Assembly (NCBI GenBank): GCA_028713935.1
Contig: JAQTNI010000060.1
Location: 1-5,049 of the forward strand
DNA: 5,049 nucleotides
Source of the DNA: Candidatus Iainarchaeum sp.
GTDB lineage: Archaea > Iainarchaeota > Iainarchaeia > Iainarchaeales > GCA-2688035
Direction of reading: 5' to 3'
How positions within the stretch are numbered: position 1 is the first letter of the stretch; the number at the start of each line of letters is the position of its first letter. Below the pieces are notes generated by a model. That model did not search any database and was not told the DNA's origin. It saw nothing but the letters and a program-made list of their open reading frames with translations. Shown here piece after piece: positions 4,804 to 5,049 of this stretch. The position numbers and the translations under genes were made by a program.

Positions 4804-5049
4804 ATGGGCAGAAAGCCGAATATTCTTGTAATAGGGGCAACTGGTTTTATCGGAAGCCGGCTTGTAAAAAGACTTGTTGAGCACGGCAATAAACCCAGGA
4901 TTCTGGCAAGAAAACAAAGCAATCTTGCCTTGCTCAGTGAAATTGACAAAAAAAAAATTGAAATTTTTTACGGGGATGTCACAAACAAAGGGCAATTAAG
5001 AAAAGCGATAAGGGGAAGCGATTATGTTTTCAATATTTCAGGTGTTTTG
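4804..5049 (+). CDS. NAD(P)-dependent epimerase/dehydratase (extended SDR), N-terminal part; continues past the right edge
   Basis: Absent from the ORF track because it has no stop in the window. ATG 4804 lies 2 nt after the upstream stop. Translation: MGRKPNILVIGATGFIGSRLVKRLVEHGNKPRILARKQSNLALLSEIDKKKIEIFYGDVTNKGQLRKAIRGSDYVFNISGV. It has the Rossmann GxxGxxG motif (GATGFIGS), the acidic/basic end of beta-2, and D-V-T followed by V-F-N-x-S-G. This layout is typical of sugar-nucleotide epimerases, dehydratases and reductases. Confidence 0.85.
   Translation, partial: MGRKPNILVIGATGFIGSRLVKRLVEHGNKPRILARKQSNLALLSEIDKKKIEIFYGDVTNKGQLRKAIRGSDYVFNISGVL

Noticed and set aside
402-4995. All minus-strand ORFs in the track (402-953, 1071-1331, 1328-1588, 1408-1635, 2030-2317, 2247-2564, 2751-3248, 2858-3148, 3563-3787, 3907-4227, 4454-4840, 4534-4995, 4674-4949)
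   Set aside because: Each is antisense to a plus-strand gene with strong family motifs. Their products are Phe/Leu/Ser/Cys-rich, as expected for the reverse complement of Lys/Glu-rich coding sequence, and they have no motifs or ribosome-binding sites.
1-5049. Search for CRISPR repeats, tRNA/rRNA, transposase or integrase genes, or terminal inverted repeats
   Set aside because: Non-coding space is limited to the two spacers of 74 and 146 bp. No repeat-spacer periodicity, cloverleaf-capable segment or recombinase-like ORF was seen.

Overview
The window holds a tightly packed, mostly co-directional cell-surface glycan gene cluster. The style is AT-leaning and Lys-rich, as in small-genome uncultured archaea or CPR-type bacteria. 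TATA-like boxes sit about 25-30 bp upstream of two start codons, which leans archaeal, but taxonomy cannot be settled from this window. Gene order: a class I SAM methyltransferase on the minus strand (5' part, missing from the ORF track), then a 74-bp divergent promoter region. Next come a GT2 polyprenyl-phosphate-type glycosyltransferase (GTG start) and a GT4 glycosyltransferase (TTG start). A 146-bp AT-rich spacer with a direct repeat and several tiny ORFs follows. After it come a radical SAM enzyme with a truncated SPASM/twitch-like C-terminus, a 337-aa protein with 18 Cys, and the 5' part of an NAD-dependent epimerase/dehydratase. The part most worth a second look is the translationally coupled pair of the radical SAM gene and the Cys-rich gene. 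By eye, the Cys-rich protein is four tandem copies of one ~65-77-aa module. From memory, that module resembles the uncharacterised single-domain TIGR04076 family (~90 aa). No rRNA, tRNA, CRISPR array or mobile element is visible. All minus-strand and alternate-frame ORFs in the track that overlap the five recognisable genes are shadow ORFs.
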